Assembly (NCBI GenBank): GCA_030671905.1
Contig: DAOVHK010000001.1
Location: 1 to 38,086 of the forward strand
Source: Clostridia bacterium
Lineage (GTDB): Bacteria > UBA6262 > WVXT01
Length of the DNA stretch: 38,086 nucleotides
Direction: 5' to 3'
Numbering within the stretch: position 1 is the first letter of the stretch; every line of letters begins with the position of its first letter. This document shows, piece by piece, positions 1-9,615 of the stretch. The notes under the pieces are model-generated. The model was not told the DNA's origin. It did not search any database and saw only the letters and a list, made by a program, of their open reading frames with translations. Made by a program: the position numbers and the translations under genes.

Positions 1-32
1 AATATCATCCTCGTGCCTGAGAAGAGAGAAAG

Positions 33-1052
33 ATGAGAGAGAATGTAAAGATTCTCATGGAAGAGACAGGTTGTGATGAGGGGCAGGCAGAACTGGCTCT
101 CCATTCAACGGGAAATAACTTAGAAAAAGCTATAAAATCGATAGATCAACTTCTTAGATACATCATAGTAATTAAAGGAAAGTTTATATGTGACCAGACC
201 AATGTTTATGGTCAGTTTATAGTTATTAGCCATCTCCATCAGAAGAGGATTGTTCGCTTGGGTGCAGTAGCCACATACGATCCCGTAATTTATGAGGGAG
301 ATATCAATTGTAAATGGCGCGACTTCGAAAAGAGGCTCTATGCAGATCGTCTCAGCGAGGGTTGTGTACACGAGTTAATTCAGAAGCTGGAGCAGAATTT
401 GAACTGGGAGATTACAAGCGAGCACAGAAAGTCTTTCTTCCAGAATCTGAAAGATAGAAATTATGAAGAGACAACCGGTATCCTTCGATCAATCATCAGT
501 AAATCTTTAGAGGACCCTCAGCTTAAAGTAGAAATGGATGTCGAGGAACTTAATTTGAGCCAATTTAAGTTTCCTCAAGAGTCAACCATTTCCTCTGAGG
601 GAGAAGTTAAACCCTCTTTGAGTAAGGCTGGAGAAACGGTTAATAGAAAAGAGGGCACAATTGTTTTAAACACGGAGTTGGTTACTGATGCCTCTTCTTC
701 ATCAGTAGAGATTGAGAAACTAAGAAAAAACGACTTAATTTTAGTAAAAATTTTAGATTCACGGGATATTGCTCAATATCTTTCCCGTCTTTTAGGTGGA
801 TGCAAAGGCGAGGAGGTAATTCCCCTATCCACAATAGTGGAAGAAGTAAGGGAAGAAGGAGAGCAATGGGTAGTTAGGACAAGGTTTAGCCCAGGCATAT
901 TAGGTGAGGCTGTTGTGGAAAAGAGAGCAACAGTCAAAAGGATAAGGCCTCAGAAGTTCACAATAGAAAAGAAGAGATTCCATCTGGGAATTTTGGGACT
1001 GACTTTAATTCTGGGAATAATAATAATCTTGTATATTTTAATGCGTCGGTGA
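33..1052 (+). CDS. hypothetical tail-anchored membrane protein with an N-terminal UBA-like (NAC / EF-Ts-N-like) domain
   Basis: 339-aa ORF. The N-terminus NVKILMEETGCDEGQAELALHSTGNNLEKAIKSI resembles the UBA-like helical module. The C-terminus has one hydrophobic helix, LGILGLTLILGIIIILYILM, followed by RR. I do not recognise the central ~270 aa. Confidence 0.6.
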   Translation: MRENVKILMEETGCDEGQAELALHSTGNNLEKAIKSIDQLLRYIIVIKGKFICDQTNVYGQFIVISHLHQKRIVRLGAVATYDPVIYEGDINCKWRDFEKRLYADRLSEGCVHELIQKLEQNLNWEITSEHRKSFFQNLKDRNYEETTGILRSIISKSLEDPQLKVEMDVEELNLSQFKFPQESTISSEGEVKPSLSKAGETVNRKEGTIVLNTELVTDASSSSVEIEKLRKNDLILVKILDSRDIAQYLSRLLGGCKGEEVIPLSTIVEEVREEGEQWVVRTRFSPGILGEAVVEKRATVKRIRPQKFTIEKKRFHLGILGLTLILGIIIILYILMRR

Positions 1053-1058
1053 GATAAG

Positions 1059-1164
1059 CCCCGTTAGAAAACTTTGCCACTTTTACTCCGTGTGGGAGAT
1101 TTGTTTCTAACGGGTTTGAGGAGAAATTTTAACTTTGTATTCTAACGGGGTAAATTTAAGGAGG
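1059..1164 (+). promoter_or_regulatory. candidate structured 5' leader of rpsB-tsf with mutually exclusive pairings
   Basis: CCCCGTTAGAAA (1059-1070) is the reverse complement of both TTTCTAACGGG (1104-1114) and TTCTAACGGGG (1140-1150). The last copy ends 7 nt before the SD AAGGAGG (1158-1164). Confidence 0.35.
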
Positions 1165-1168
1165 AAGA

Positions 1169-1990
1169 ATGGCGATAGTAACTATGAAACAGTTGTTGGA
1201 AGCAGGAGTCCACTTTGGACATCAGACCAAAAGGTGGAATCCCAAAATGGCTCAGTATATCTTCGGTGCTCGTAACAACATCCACATTATCGATTTGCAA
1301 AAGACATTGGCGAAGATAAAAGAGGCTTATAGGTTCGTTCGCAACATTGTAGCCAACAATCAGACAGTGCTCTTTGTGGGAACCAAGCGTCAGGCTCAAG
1401 AAATCATAAAAGAAGAAGCAGAAAGGTGTGGGATGTTTTATGTTAATCAGCGATGGTGGGGAGGGATGCTGACCAATTTCTCCACCATTCGCCAGAGCGT
1501 GGAGCGACTGAAGAAACTGGAGCAACTTCAGCAAGAATCAAAGTCTACTACTTTCACCAAGAAGGAATTAGCTAAGATAGAGAAAGAAAAATTGAAGCTG
1601 GTAAAGGGACTATCAGGGATTAGAGATATGGAGGACTTGCCGGGAGCGATCTTTGTTATCGATCTACCTCAAGAGGCAATTGCCGTCTCCGAAGCAATTA
1701 AATTGGAGATTCCGATTGTCGCCTTGGTGGACACAAATTGTGACCCTGAGAGAATAACTTATGTAGTTCCCGGCAACGATGATGCTATCAGGTCAATTAA
1801 ATTAATTACTCACCTAGTCGCTGAGGCGGTGGTTGAAGGTAAAGAGTTAAGAGAGAAAGAAGAAGTAAAAGAAGAACTTCCTCAAGAAGAAATAAAAGAA
1901 GAAGTCAAAGAAGAAAAAAATATAGACTTCGAGAAAGAAGGAAAAATAAATGCAGATAAGCAAGGACTTAATTCGGGAACTTCGGAATAA
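1169..1990 (+). CDS. rpsB: 30S ribosomal protein S2
   Basis: [27 protein letters not shown] is the S2 N-terminal signature. SD AAGGAGG lies 4 nt upstream. The C-terminal tail is Glu/Lys-rich. Confidence 0.97.
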   Translation: MAIVTMKQLLEAGVHFGHQTKRWNPKMAQYIFGARNNIHIIDLQKTLAKIKEAYRFVRNIVANNQTVLFVGTKRQAQEIIKEEAERCGMFYVNQRWWGGMLTNFSTIRQSVERLKKLEQLQQESKSTTFTKKELAKIEKEKLKLVKGLSGIRDMEDLPGAIFVIDLPQEAIAVSEAIKLEIPIVALVDTNCDPERITYVVPGNDDAIRSIKLITHLVAEAVVEGKELREKEEVKEELPQEEIKEEVKEEKNIDFEKEGKINADKQGLNSGTSE

Positions 1991-2546
1991 GACGGGTGCG
2001 GGAGTAATGGATTGTAAACAGGCGTTATTAGAGGCTGGTGGAGATATTCAAAAGGCTCAGGATGTTTTGAGAGAGAAAGGGAGTGTCGTAGCGATCAAAC
2101 GTTCTGCCAGAGAGACACAGGAAGGATTAGTCTCTTCTTATGTTCATAGCGGGAATAAATTGGGCGTTCTGTTAGAGATAAACTGCGAGACCGATTTCGT
2201 TGCCAAAACGAGCGAGTTTTCTCAATTGGCAAAGGAATTGGCAATGCAAATAGCAGCCATGGACCCTCTGTGGATTAAACCTGAAGATGTACCTAAAGAA
2301 GTTATTGAAAAGGAAAAAGAGATATATAAGAAACAAGTACAGGAATCGGGGAAGCCAGAAAAAGTCACAGAGAAGATTGCTCAAGGTAGACTGGAAAAAT
2401 ATTTCACTCAAGTCTGTCTTCTGGAACAACCGTACATTAAGGATCCTAAACTTAAGGTCAAAGACCTCATAACAGAATCGATCACCAAACTGGGAGAGAA
2501 TATTAGAGTGGGTCGGTTCACTCGTTTAAAGGTAGGTGAGGAATAG
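1950..2546 (+). CDS. tsf: translation elongation factor Ts (short form)
   Basis: [38 protein letters not shown] matches the EF-Ts N-domain. The product is 198 aa. ATG 1950 overlaps the rpsB 3' end by 41 nt. Confidence 0.95.
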   Translation: MQISKDLIRELRNKTGAGVMDCKQALLEAGGDIQKAQDVLREKGSVVAIKRSARETQEGLVSSYVHSGNKLGVLLEINCETDFVAKTSEFSQLAKELAMQIAAMDPLWIKPEDVPKEVIEKEKEIYKKQVQESGKPEKVTEKIAQGRLEKYFTQVCLLEQPYIKDPKLKVKDLITESITKLGENIRVGRFTRLKVGEE

Positions 2547-2556
2547 AAAGCCGGAG

Positions 2557-2574
2557 TCCTCCCGAAAGGGAGGA
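2557..2574 (+). promoter_or_regulatory. perfect 7-bp hairpin with a GAAA tetraloop in the tsf-pyrH spacer
   Basis: TCCTCCC-GAAA-GGGAGGA with no U tract after it. The 5' arm is anti-SD-like and the 3' arm is SD-like. The real pyrH SD run GGGGGAGGAGG is at 2584-2594. Confidence 0.3.
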
Positions 2575-2597
2575 AAAAGATAAGGGGGAGGAGGAAA

Positions 2598-3311
2598 ATG
2601 GCAAAGGTCAAATATAAGCGAGTTGTTTTGAAAATGAGTGGGGAAGTTCTAATGGGCACTCACAGATATGGAATCGATCCCCAAATGCTCAAATTCTTTG
2701 CTGGAGAAATAAAAAAGGCTTACTCTCTGGGTGTGCAACTTGCCGTGGTAGTGGGTGGAGGAAATATATGGAGAGGGATTTCTCTTTTTGCCCAGGAGAT
2801 TGACAGAGTTACAGCCGATTATATGGGAATGTTGGCAACAATAATTAATGGGCTGGCTCTTCAAGACTCGTTAGAAGAGCTGGGAATTCCCACCAGAGTC
2901 CAGACTGCCATAGAGATAGCCAAACTTGCCGAGCCGTTTATTCGCCGCAGAGCAATCCGCCACCTAGAAAAGAAAAGGATAGTTGTCTTTGCCGGAGGAA
3001 CAGGAAACCCTTACTTTACAACTGATCCAGCTGCAGCGTTACGAGCAGTAGAAATTGCTGCGGAAATAATTATGAAGGCGACGAAAGTTGATGGTGTTTA
3101 TGATAAGGATCCCGCAAAGTATAAGAAAGCCAAGAAGTTCAGTAGTCTCACCTTTATGGAAGCAATAAATCGTCGATTGAAGGTTGTGGATGCAACGGCG
3201 CTTTCCCTTTGCTGGGAGAATAAAATACCCATTATGGTATTCAATATAAACAAAGCTGGGCAGATTAAAAAAGCGGTCTGTGGAGAAAAGGTGGGTACAA
3301 TAATCAAGTGA
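2598..3311 (+). CDS. pyrH: UMP kinase
   Basis: [23 protein letters not shown] and [13 protein letters not shown] motifs, in the conserved position after tsf. Confidence 0.96.
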   Translation: MAKVKYKRVVLKMSGEVLMGTHRYGIDPQMLKFFAGEIKKAYSLGVQLAVVVGGGNIWRGISLFAQEIDRVTADYMGMLATIINGLALQDSLEELGIPTRVQTAIEIAKLAEPFIRRRAIRHLEKKRIVVFAGGTGNPYFTTDPAAALRAVEIAAEIIMKATKVDGVYDKDPAKYKKAKKFSSLTFMEAINRRLKVVDATALSLCWENKIPIMVFNINKAGQIKKAVCGEKVGTIIK

Positions 3312-3330
3312 AGAGGAGAGAATAGAGCGT

Positions 3331-3888
3331 ATGGCAAAGAACATTTATGATAAGGTTAAACTGCAAATGGAAAAAGCAATTGAGGATTTGAAACACGAAT
3401 TCACGACTATTCGTACTGGTCGCGCCTCCACCACTCTGTTGGAAGGTATTCGAGTTGCCTATTATGGAACCCAGGTCCCCATCAGTCAAGTCGCCAACGT
3501 TGTTATCCCAGAGGCAAGATTAATCGAGATAAAACCCTGGGATAAAAGCGTCCTTCCAGAGATAGAAAAGGCAATTTTAAAGTCCGATTTGGGATTGAGC
3601 CCCCTCAACGATGGGAAAATTATCCGGCTCAAAATACCCACATTAACTGAAGAACGCCGAAGAGAGCTTGTAAAGAGAGTCGGAAAGATTACTGAGGACC
3701 ACAAGGTGGAACTGCGGAACATTAGAAGGCAGGCCAAAGATGAGTTGAAGGAGTTGGAAACAAAAAGGGTGATTTCTGAAGACGAGAAGTTTAAATCCAC
3801 AGAAAAAATTAGTCAGGCAACAAACGAATATATTGAAAAGATTGATGAAACTCTCAGGCATAAAGAGAAAGAGATAATGGAAGTATAA
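3331..3888 (+). CDS. frr: ribosome recycling factor
   Basis: 185 aa. TIRTGRASTTLLEGIRVAYYG and LNDGKIIRLKIPTLTEERRRELVK are typical RRF sequence. Confidence 0.96.
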   Translation: MAKNIYDKVKLQMEKAIEDLKHEFTTIRTGRASTTLLEGIRVAYYGTQVPISQVANVVIPEARLIEIKPWDKSVLPEIEKAILKSDLGLSPLNDGKIIRLKIPTLTEERRRELVKRVGKITEDHKVELRNIRRQAKDELKELETKRVISEDEKFKSTEKISQATNEYIEKIDETLRHKEKEIMEV

Positions 3889-3950
3889 TAGATAGATTTC
3901 AAATTTCAGATTTCAGATGGTAAAAATAGAATAAAAATGGGAAGAAGCAG

Positions 3951-4697
3951 TTGGATAATTACAAAGAACTTCTTAATCTAATTGATAGAAAGAGACTTCC
4001 TCAGCATATAGCAATCATTATGGACGGTAATGGTCGTTGGGCGAAAAAACATAACCGTAGACGAATTGTTGGTCACCTGGAAGGCACAAAGGCGATAAGG
4101 AAAATTGTAGAATTCTGTAGTGAAACAGGGATTAAAATACTTACACTTTTTGCTTTTTCCACAGAGAACTGGGACAGGCCCAAAAGAGAAGTTTATGCTC
4201 TGATGAATCTGCTGTCCAGATTCTTAAGGCAGGAAATAAATAATTTCCAAAAGAATAACATTAAGATTTTTGCCTCTGGACAGATAGAGAGGTTGCCCAC
4301 TAAGGTACGTATTGAATTATCCAAGACGATAGATGCCACCAAGGAAAATAGAGGACTGATTCTGAATTTAGCTCTGAGTTATGGTGGACGGGAAGAGATA
4401 GTTCATGCCTGCAGGGAAATTGCTAGACAGGTTTCTAATAGAAGAAAAAAAGTAGAAGATATTAATGAAGAGTTTTTTAATAACTATCTTTATACCACTG
4501 GCCTACCTGATCCCGACCTGTTGATTCGTACCAGTGGCGAATTCAGGATAAGCAACTTTCTCCTCTGGCAAATTGCTTATTCTGAAATTTACGTTACCCC
4601 GGTTCTCTGGCCAGATTTCAACCGCCAGGAACTACTTTTGGCACTCATAGATTATCAGAGGAGGGAGCGTCGTTTCGGTAGGGTAAAAAACGGATAA
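3951..4697 (+). CDS. uppS: di-trans,poly-cis-undecaprenyl-diphosphate synthase
   Basis: HIAIIMDGNGRWAK and DLLIRTSGEFRISNFLLWQIAYSE motifs. The start is TTG, because there is no in-frame ATG upstream of the conserved N-terminal motif. Confidence 0.93.
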   Translation: MDNYKELLNLIDRKRLPQHIAIIMDGNGRWAKKHNRRRIVGHLEGTKAIRKIVEFCSETGIKILTLFAFSTENWDRPKREVYALMNLLSRFLRQEINNFQKNNIKIFASGQIERLPTKVRIELSKTIDATKENRGLILNLALSYGGREEIVHACREIARQVSNRRKKVEDINEEFFNNYLYTTGLPDPDLLIRTSGEFRISNFLLWQIAYSEIYVTPVLWPDFNRQELLLALIDYQRRERRFGRVKNG

Positions 4698-4705
4698 GAG
4701 AGATA

Positions 4706-5545
4706 ATGGAGCGAATAAAGACACCATTAGTTGTTATTCCTATATTGCTGTTGATAATACATTGGGGGGTTATCCCCTTTTTTCTTTTAGTTCTTGCTGG
4801 AGTTATTGTAAGTCTTCTCGAATTTTATCATTTGATGGAGAGGAGAAATTACAATCCCCAGAAGTTCCTGGGAGTGCTGGGAGGGTTTTTTCTTTGTCTC
4901 AGCTTTTTTCTCTTTCAGGGAAAGTTATCTGGCGGACTGGGAGGATTCGTTGTTACTATATTTCTGTTTCTAATCTTAATTGACGTAATTTTGAAGAAAG
5001 AAATCAAATTCGGTGTCTCTTCTGTTTCAGTAACTTTCCTGGGAATATTTTATATCTCTTGGCTGTTGAGCCATTTAGTTCTTCTTCGCGACCTTCGCCC
5101 TCATGGAAAAGGGCTGATATATCTTCTATTTATAACTACTTGGTGTGTGGATACTGGCGCATATTGGGTAGGAACAAAGTTTGGACGGCATAAGTTGAGC
5201 CGTCTCATCAGTCCCAATAAAACCTGGGAGGGAGCCATTTCTGGTTTGCTGACAGGGATTGGTGTAGTTTTTGGTTGCCGAGCATTATTGGGATTGCAAT
5301 TTTTCACCCGCCTCAATTTAGACCTCAATTTTATTACTCCTATAGGATGTCTGGTCACCGGGCTTCTCTTGGGAATTGGTGGACAGGTGGGAGACTTAGC
5401 TGAATCGCTGTTCAAGAGAAATGCCGGGGTGAAAGATTCAGGTAACCTCTTTCCTGGTGGACATGGAGGAATGTTGGACAAAGTAGATAGCCTGATGTTC
5501 AATGCCCCCCTACTATATTACTATATCCAGTTATTTTTGCGCTGA
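4706..5545 (+). CDS. cdsA: phosphatidate cytidylyltransferase
   Basis: Multi-TM protein with the C-terminal CdsA signature SLFKRNAGVKDSGNLFPGGHGGMLDKVDS. Confidence 0.9.
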   Translation: MERIKTPLVVIPILLLIIHWGVIPFFLLVLAGVIVSLLEFYHLMERRNYNPQKFLGVLGGFFLCLSFFLFQGKLSGGLGGFVVTIFLFLILIDVILKKEIKFGVSSVSVTFLGIFYISWLLSHLVLLRDLRPHGKGLIYLLFITTWCVDTGAYWVGTKFGRHKLSRLISPNKTWEGAISGLLTGIGVVFGCRALLGLQFFTRLNLDLNFITPIGCLVTGLLLGIGGQVGDLAESLFKRNAGVKDSGNLFPGGHGGMLDKVDSLMFNAPLLYYYIQLFLR

Positions 5546-5557
5546 AAAGGAGATATC

Positions 5558-6718
5558 TTGAAAAAGATTGCAATTCTGGGCTCGACTGGGTCCATAGGGG
5601 TTAATACATTAAATGTAGTGAGGAAACTGGGTAAAGGTTATAAAATTACAGGAATCTCTGCCCAGAAGAACGTAAACTTACTAATAAAACAGATAATTGA
5701 ATTTAGACCAACAATTGTAGCGCTGGGTGATGAAGGGGCGGCTCAAGAATTGAAAAAGAGACTGCGTCGTTTCCGTCCTCTTCCCAGGATTTATGAGGGG
5801 ACTTCTGGATTAATTGAGTTTGCCCGGAATCCTGTTTCCGATTTTCTGGTTTCCGCTTTGGTTGGTGCAGCCGGACTGTTACCTACCTTGGCAGCGATTG
5901 AAACGGGTAAAGATATTGCCTTAGCTAATAAAGAAATACTGGTGATGGCAGGTGACTTGATTATTAAGACTGCCAAGAAGAGAAGAATTAAAATTTTACC
6001 TCTGGACAGTGAGCATAGCGCTATATTTCAGTGTCTGAGAGCGGAAAAGATAAAGCATGTTCGACGGCTAATATTGACAGCTTCAGGAGGGCCTTTTTAT
6101 AAATATAAAAAAAGTCAACTGGAAAAAGTAACTGTGCAAGAGACTCTCCATCACCCCACCTGGCAAATGGGTAAAAAGATCACAGTCGACTCAGCAACCC
6201 TAATGAACAAGGGTTTAGAAGCGATTGAAGCCAGTCACCTCTTCGGTATTGATATCAATCGCATTGACGTTTTGATTCACCCACAAACAACTGTCCATTC
6301 ATTAGTGGAACTTGTCGATGGCTCGATTTTAGCTCAATTGGCAATTGCTGATATGCGCATTCCCATTCAATTTGCACTTACCTACCCCCAACGCTATTTG
6401 AGTAGATTACAGGGATTAAAATTAGAAAAGATGGCTCATCTTACTTTCCAGAAGCCAAATTTAAAGAATTTTTCCTGTCTCGGTTTGGCTTTCAAGGCTG
6501 GTAGGATAGGAGGAACGATGCCGGTTGTTTTGAACGCCGCTGATGAAATTGCCGTGGAGGCTTTTCTGGTGGGAAAAATAAAACTTATTGATATTCCGAA
6601 AATTATCGAATCAGTAATGGCAGAACATAAAGTAAATAAGAAACCAAGCTTGAAAAAGATTTTAGAAATAGACCAGTGGACAAGAAATAGAACAAGGGAG
6701 AAAATAAAATGCTCTTGA
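5558..6718 (+). CDS. dxr: 1-deoxy-D-xylulose 5-phosphate reductoisomerase
   Basis: ILGSTGSIG, LANKE, LDSEHSAIFQC and HPTWQMGKKITVDSATL motifs. TTG start. Confidence 0.95.
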   Translation: MKKIAILGSTGSIGVNTLNVVRKLGKGYKITGISAQKNVNLLIKQIIEFRPTIVALGDEGAAQELKKRLRRFRPLPRIYEGTSGLIEFARNPVSDFLVSALVGAAGLLPTLAAIETGKDIALANKEILVMAGDLIIKTAKKRRIKILPLDSEHSAIFQCLRAEKIKHVRRLILTASGGPFYKYKKSQLEKVTVQETLHHPTWQMGKKITVDSATLMNKGLEAIEASHLFGIDINRIDVLIHPQTTVHSLVELVDGSILAQLAIADMRIPIQFALTYPQRYLSRLQGLKLEKMAHLTFQKPNLKNFSCLGLAFKAGRIGGTMPVVLNAADEIAVEAFLVGKIKLIDIPKIIESVMAEHKVNKKPSLKKILEIDQWTRNRTREKIKCS

Positions 6719-7746
6719 CCATATTTTCCATAGTATTCACTTTTGGCCTGGTTATCTTTTTTCACGAGTTAGGGCACCTTATTGCTGCTAAGAGAATGGG
6801 AGTGAGAGTGGAGAAGTTCTCTTTAGGATTTGGACCTGAATGGTTAGGTTTTACCAAGGGAGGGACGCGATATGTAGTCTCTTTGATTCCTGTAGGTGGT
6901 TACGTGAAGATGGCCGGGGAACATCCCGGGGAGAAGAGAAAGGGAACCCCCGATGAGTTTCTCTCTCAGAAATGGTGGCGGAGAATACTTGTCGTTGCCT
7001 CAGGACCGGCAATGAATTTTATTTTGGCAATTGTTATTTTCTCCTTGATGGCATTTTTTGTAGGGATTATGATTCCTCACTATGAATCGACAGAAGTTGG
7101 TAGCGTGATTCCAGAGATGCCGGCGGAGAAAGCAGGTATGTTAGAAAAGGATAAGATTATCTCAATAGACGGAAAGGAAGTCAGTAACTGGAAGGAAATG
7201 GCAGAAATAATCCATTCTAAGCCTGGTGAGGAGATAAGCATAAAAATCTTGCGAGCAAAGGAAGAAATACTTCTCAAAATCATACCTCAATATGATGAAG
7301 TAAGAGGAGTGGGCCTGATAGGAATTGGCCCAGCCTGGCATACAAGAAAGTATAATTTCATATCTTCTCTTTTTGCAGGATTTGAACAGACAGCATTCCT
7401 TATAGTTCTAACACTTAAATATATATGGCTGATGCTTTTAGGAGCAGTGAAACCTGCTGTTGCTGGTCCTATAGGAATTGCCCAGATGGTGGCTCAAGTG
7501 GCAAGAACAGGAATCTATCAATTGTTCTCGTTGATTGCTATAATCAGCGCTGGGATCGGTCTGTTTAATCTTTTCCCTATTCCCCTTCTTGACGGGGGTC
7601 ATGCTATGTTCTATTTGGTCGAAGGAATTACCGGTAAGCCCTTGGATGAAAATAAGATGAAAATTGCTCAGACGATTGGAGCAGCGATAATCATTTTTCT
7701 TTTAGTTCTGGTTACTTATCAGGATATATTGAAGCTGAGAAGGTAA
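6709..7746 (+). CDS. rseP: RIP (site-2) zinc metalloprotease, M50 family
   Basis: HELGH in the first TM, a central PDZ-like segment (GSVIPEMPAEKAGMLEKDKIISIDGKEV) and the C-terminal NLFPIPLLDGG motif. Overlaps dxr by 10 nt. Confidence 0.9.
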   Translation: MLLTIFSIVFTFGLVIFFHELGHLIAAKRMGVRVEKFSLGFGPEWLGFTKGGTRYVVSLIPVGGYVKMAGEHPGEKRKGTPDEFLSQKWWRRILVVASGPAMNFILAIVIFSLMAFFVGIMIPHYESTEVGSVIPEMPAEKAGMLEKDKIISIDGKEVSNWKEMAEIIHSKPGEEISIKILRAKEEILLKIIPQYDEVRGVGLIGIGPAWHTRKYNFISSLFAGFEQTAFLIVLTLKYIWLMLLGAVKPAVAGPIGIAQMVAQVARTGIYQLFSLIAIISAGIGLFNLFPIPLLDGGHAMFYLVEGITGKPLDENKMKIAQTIGAAIIIFLLVLVTYQDILKLRR

Positions 7747-7751
7747 AAATT

Positions 7752-8897
7752 GTGAGAAGGAGAAAGACACGCAAGATAAAAGTGGGGGATCTTTTTATTG
7801 GCGGTGATTCTCCGATTTCCGTGCAATCTATGACCAAGACAGATACGCGTAACATAAGAATTACTGTCAACCAGATTAAACGATTGGAGAAAGCAGGATG
7901 CGAAATAGTCCGTTTAGCTGTTCCTGATATGGAAGCAGCTAAATCCTTAGGAGAGATAAAAAGGAGAGCCCATATCCCTTTAGTTGCTGACATCCACTTC
8001 GATTACCGCCTGGCAATGGAGGCTATTACTCAGGGCGTAGATAAGATAAGGATAAATCCAGGAAATATCGGAAGCCGAGAAAGAGTGAAGACTATAGCAA
8101 AGGCTGCCAGAAGAGCAAAAATCCCTATAAGGATAGGGGTTAATGCAGGTTCCTTGAAACTCCCTTTGCCCGAAAGAAAGGCGAGAACTAACCTTCATCA
8201 AGGCGATATTTCTCATAGCGGAAGAATGAGCAAAGCTAAGAAGATGGTCGCTTCAGCACTCCACTATGTAAAGATTCTGGAGAAACAAAATTTTCACCAA
8301 ATTGTTATTTCCCTTAAAGCCTCAGATGTTTCTACTACCATTCAGGCTTACAGGTTGATATCTGAGAAAACAGATTATCCTCTTCATTTAGGAATTACTG
8401 AAGCGGGAACCGAATTCTCAGGTACCATAAAGTCGGCTCTGGGTATTGGGACATTACTATGCGAGGGGATTGGGGATACAATAAGGGTGTCGCTCACCGC
8501 CTCTCCAGAGGAAGAGGTGAGAGTTGGTTATGAAATTTTGAAAGCATTGAATCTGAGAAGCTTTGGGCCGGAGGTCATCTCCTGTCCTACTTGCAGTCGC
8601 TGTCAGATTGACCTGATTAAAATCACTAATAAAGTAGAGAAAAAGATGGAATCTCTTTTTCGACAAAAAAGCATTATTGCCAGAGTTCAACCTTCCAGAT
8701 TTTATCCACTTAAAATAGCCATAATGGGTTGTGTAGTCAACGGTCCGGGAGAGGCTAGAGAAGCAGATGTGGGAATAGCCGGGGGAAAGGGTGTGGGACT
8801 CCTTTTCAGGCGAGGTAAAGTGATTAAGAAAGTTAAGGAAAAAAAGATGATAAACGTTCTCTTGGAAGAGATTGAAAGAGAAATAAGAAGGAGATAG
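7752..8897 (+). CDS. ispG: 4-hydroxy-3-methylbut-2-en-1-yl diphosphate synthase
   Basis: PLVADIHFDY, RINPGNIG, CPTCSRC and GCVVNGPGE motifs. GTG start. Confidence 0.93.
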   Translation: MRRRKTRKIKVGDLFIGGDSPISVQSMTKTDTRNIRITVNQIKRLEKAGCEIVRLAVPDMEAAKSLGEIKRRAHIPLVADIHFDYRLAMEAITQGVDKIRINPGNIGSRERVKTIAKAARRAKIPIRIGVNAGSLKLPLPERKARTNLHQGDISHSGRMSKAKKMVASALHYVKILEKQNFHQIVISLKASDVSTTIQAYRLISEKTDYPLHLGITEAGTEFSGTIKSALGIGTLLCEGIGDTIRVSLTASPEEEVRVGYEILKALNLRSFGPEVISCPTCSRCQIDLIKITNKVEKKMESLFRQKSIIARVQPSRFYPLKIAIMGCVVNGPGEAREADVGIAGGKGVGLLFRRGKVIKKVKEKKMINVLLEEIEREIRRR

Positions 8898-8904
8898 TGC
8901 TGTT

Positions 8905-9615
8905 ATGGCGGGGAATAGAATTGGAAGCAGTTACCACATGAACCTCAAGGAAATGCCTGAGGAAAAGAAGCCTCGTGAAAAATTGGTAAAACACGGCCCC
9001 GACGTTTTGAGAATTTCGGAATTGGTCTCCATTATCCTGAATACAGGATACCGAGATGAGAATGTTTTAGAGTTATCCCACAGGATAATTAAAGAATACG
9101 GCTCCAAGGCAATTTCTTGTGAAAAGAATGTTGGACGACTGATGGAAACCCTGGAAATTCCCGTAGTTAAGGCTTGCCAGATAGTTGCCTGTTTTGAACT
9201 GGGAAGGAGATTCTTCCAGGAGGAGCCGGGAAAGATGCCTACCGTTAGAGGACCGGAAGATGTGTACATCTATTTGGAAGATATGAGAAAGCTGAAGAAG
9301 GAGCAGTTTCGAGGTTTATATTTGAATGCGAGAAATAAGGTCATCCACGACGAAGTAATCTCTATTGGAACTCTAACTGCTAATCTGGTTCATCCCCGAG
9401 AAGTATTTCAACCAGCAATAGAATATCTTGCCTGTGGGGTAATTATTGCACATAATCATCCTTCGGGTGACCCCGAACCATCTGAGGACGATTTAGAAAT
9501 TACCAGAAAGCTGGCCACAGTGGGAAAGACAATGGATATAGAACTTTTAGACCACATCATAATAGGTAAAAATAAATATGTAAGTCTTAAAGAAAAAGGA
9601 ATAGTAGTGGAGTAG
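8905..9615 (+). CDS. radC: RadC-family JAB/MPN domain protein
   Basis: C-terminal HNHPSGDPEPSEDD (JAMM-like) motif and N-terminal KPREKLVKHGPDVLRISELVSIIL. ATG 8938 is an alternative start. Confidence 0.88.
   Translation: MAGNRIGSSYHMNLKEMPEEKKPREKLVKHGPDVLRISELVSIILNTGYRDENVLELSHRIIKEYGSKAISCEKNVGRLMETLEIPVVKACQIVACFELGRRFFQEEPGKMPTVRGPEDVYIYLEDMRKLKKEQFRGLYLNARNKVIHDEVISIGTLTANLVHPREVFQPAIEYLACGVIIAHNHPSGDPEPSEDDLEITRKLATVGKTMDIELLDHIIIGKNKYVSLKEKGIVVE

Noticed and set aside
3897-3917. Three tandem heptamers ATTTCA(A/G) in the frr-uppS spacer.
   Set aside because: Only 21 nt and AT-rich, so this could easily arise by chance or slippage. The nearby TAGAAT (3927-3932) has no convincing -35. 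This is not enough to call a regulatory site.
8905-9615. RadC/JAB protein as a possible anti-restriction or defence-associated gene.
   Set aside because: It is a single gene embedded between ispG and proS, with no partner genes (no toxin, nuclease, methylase or ubiquitin-like genes). The full-length HhH+JAB architecture is typical of chromosomal radC.
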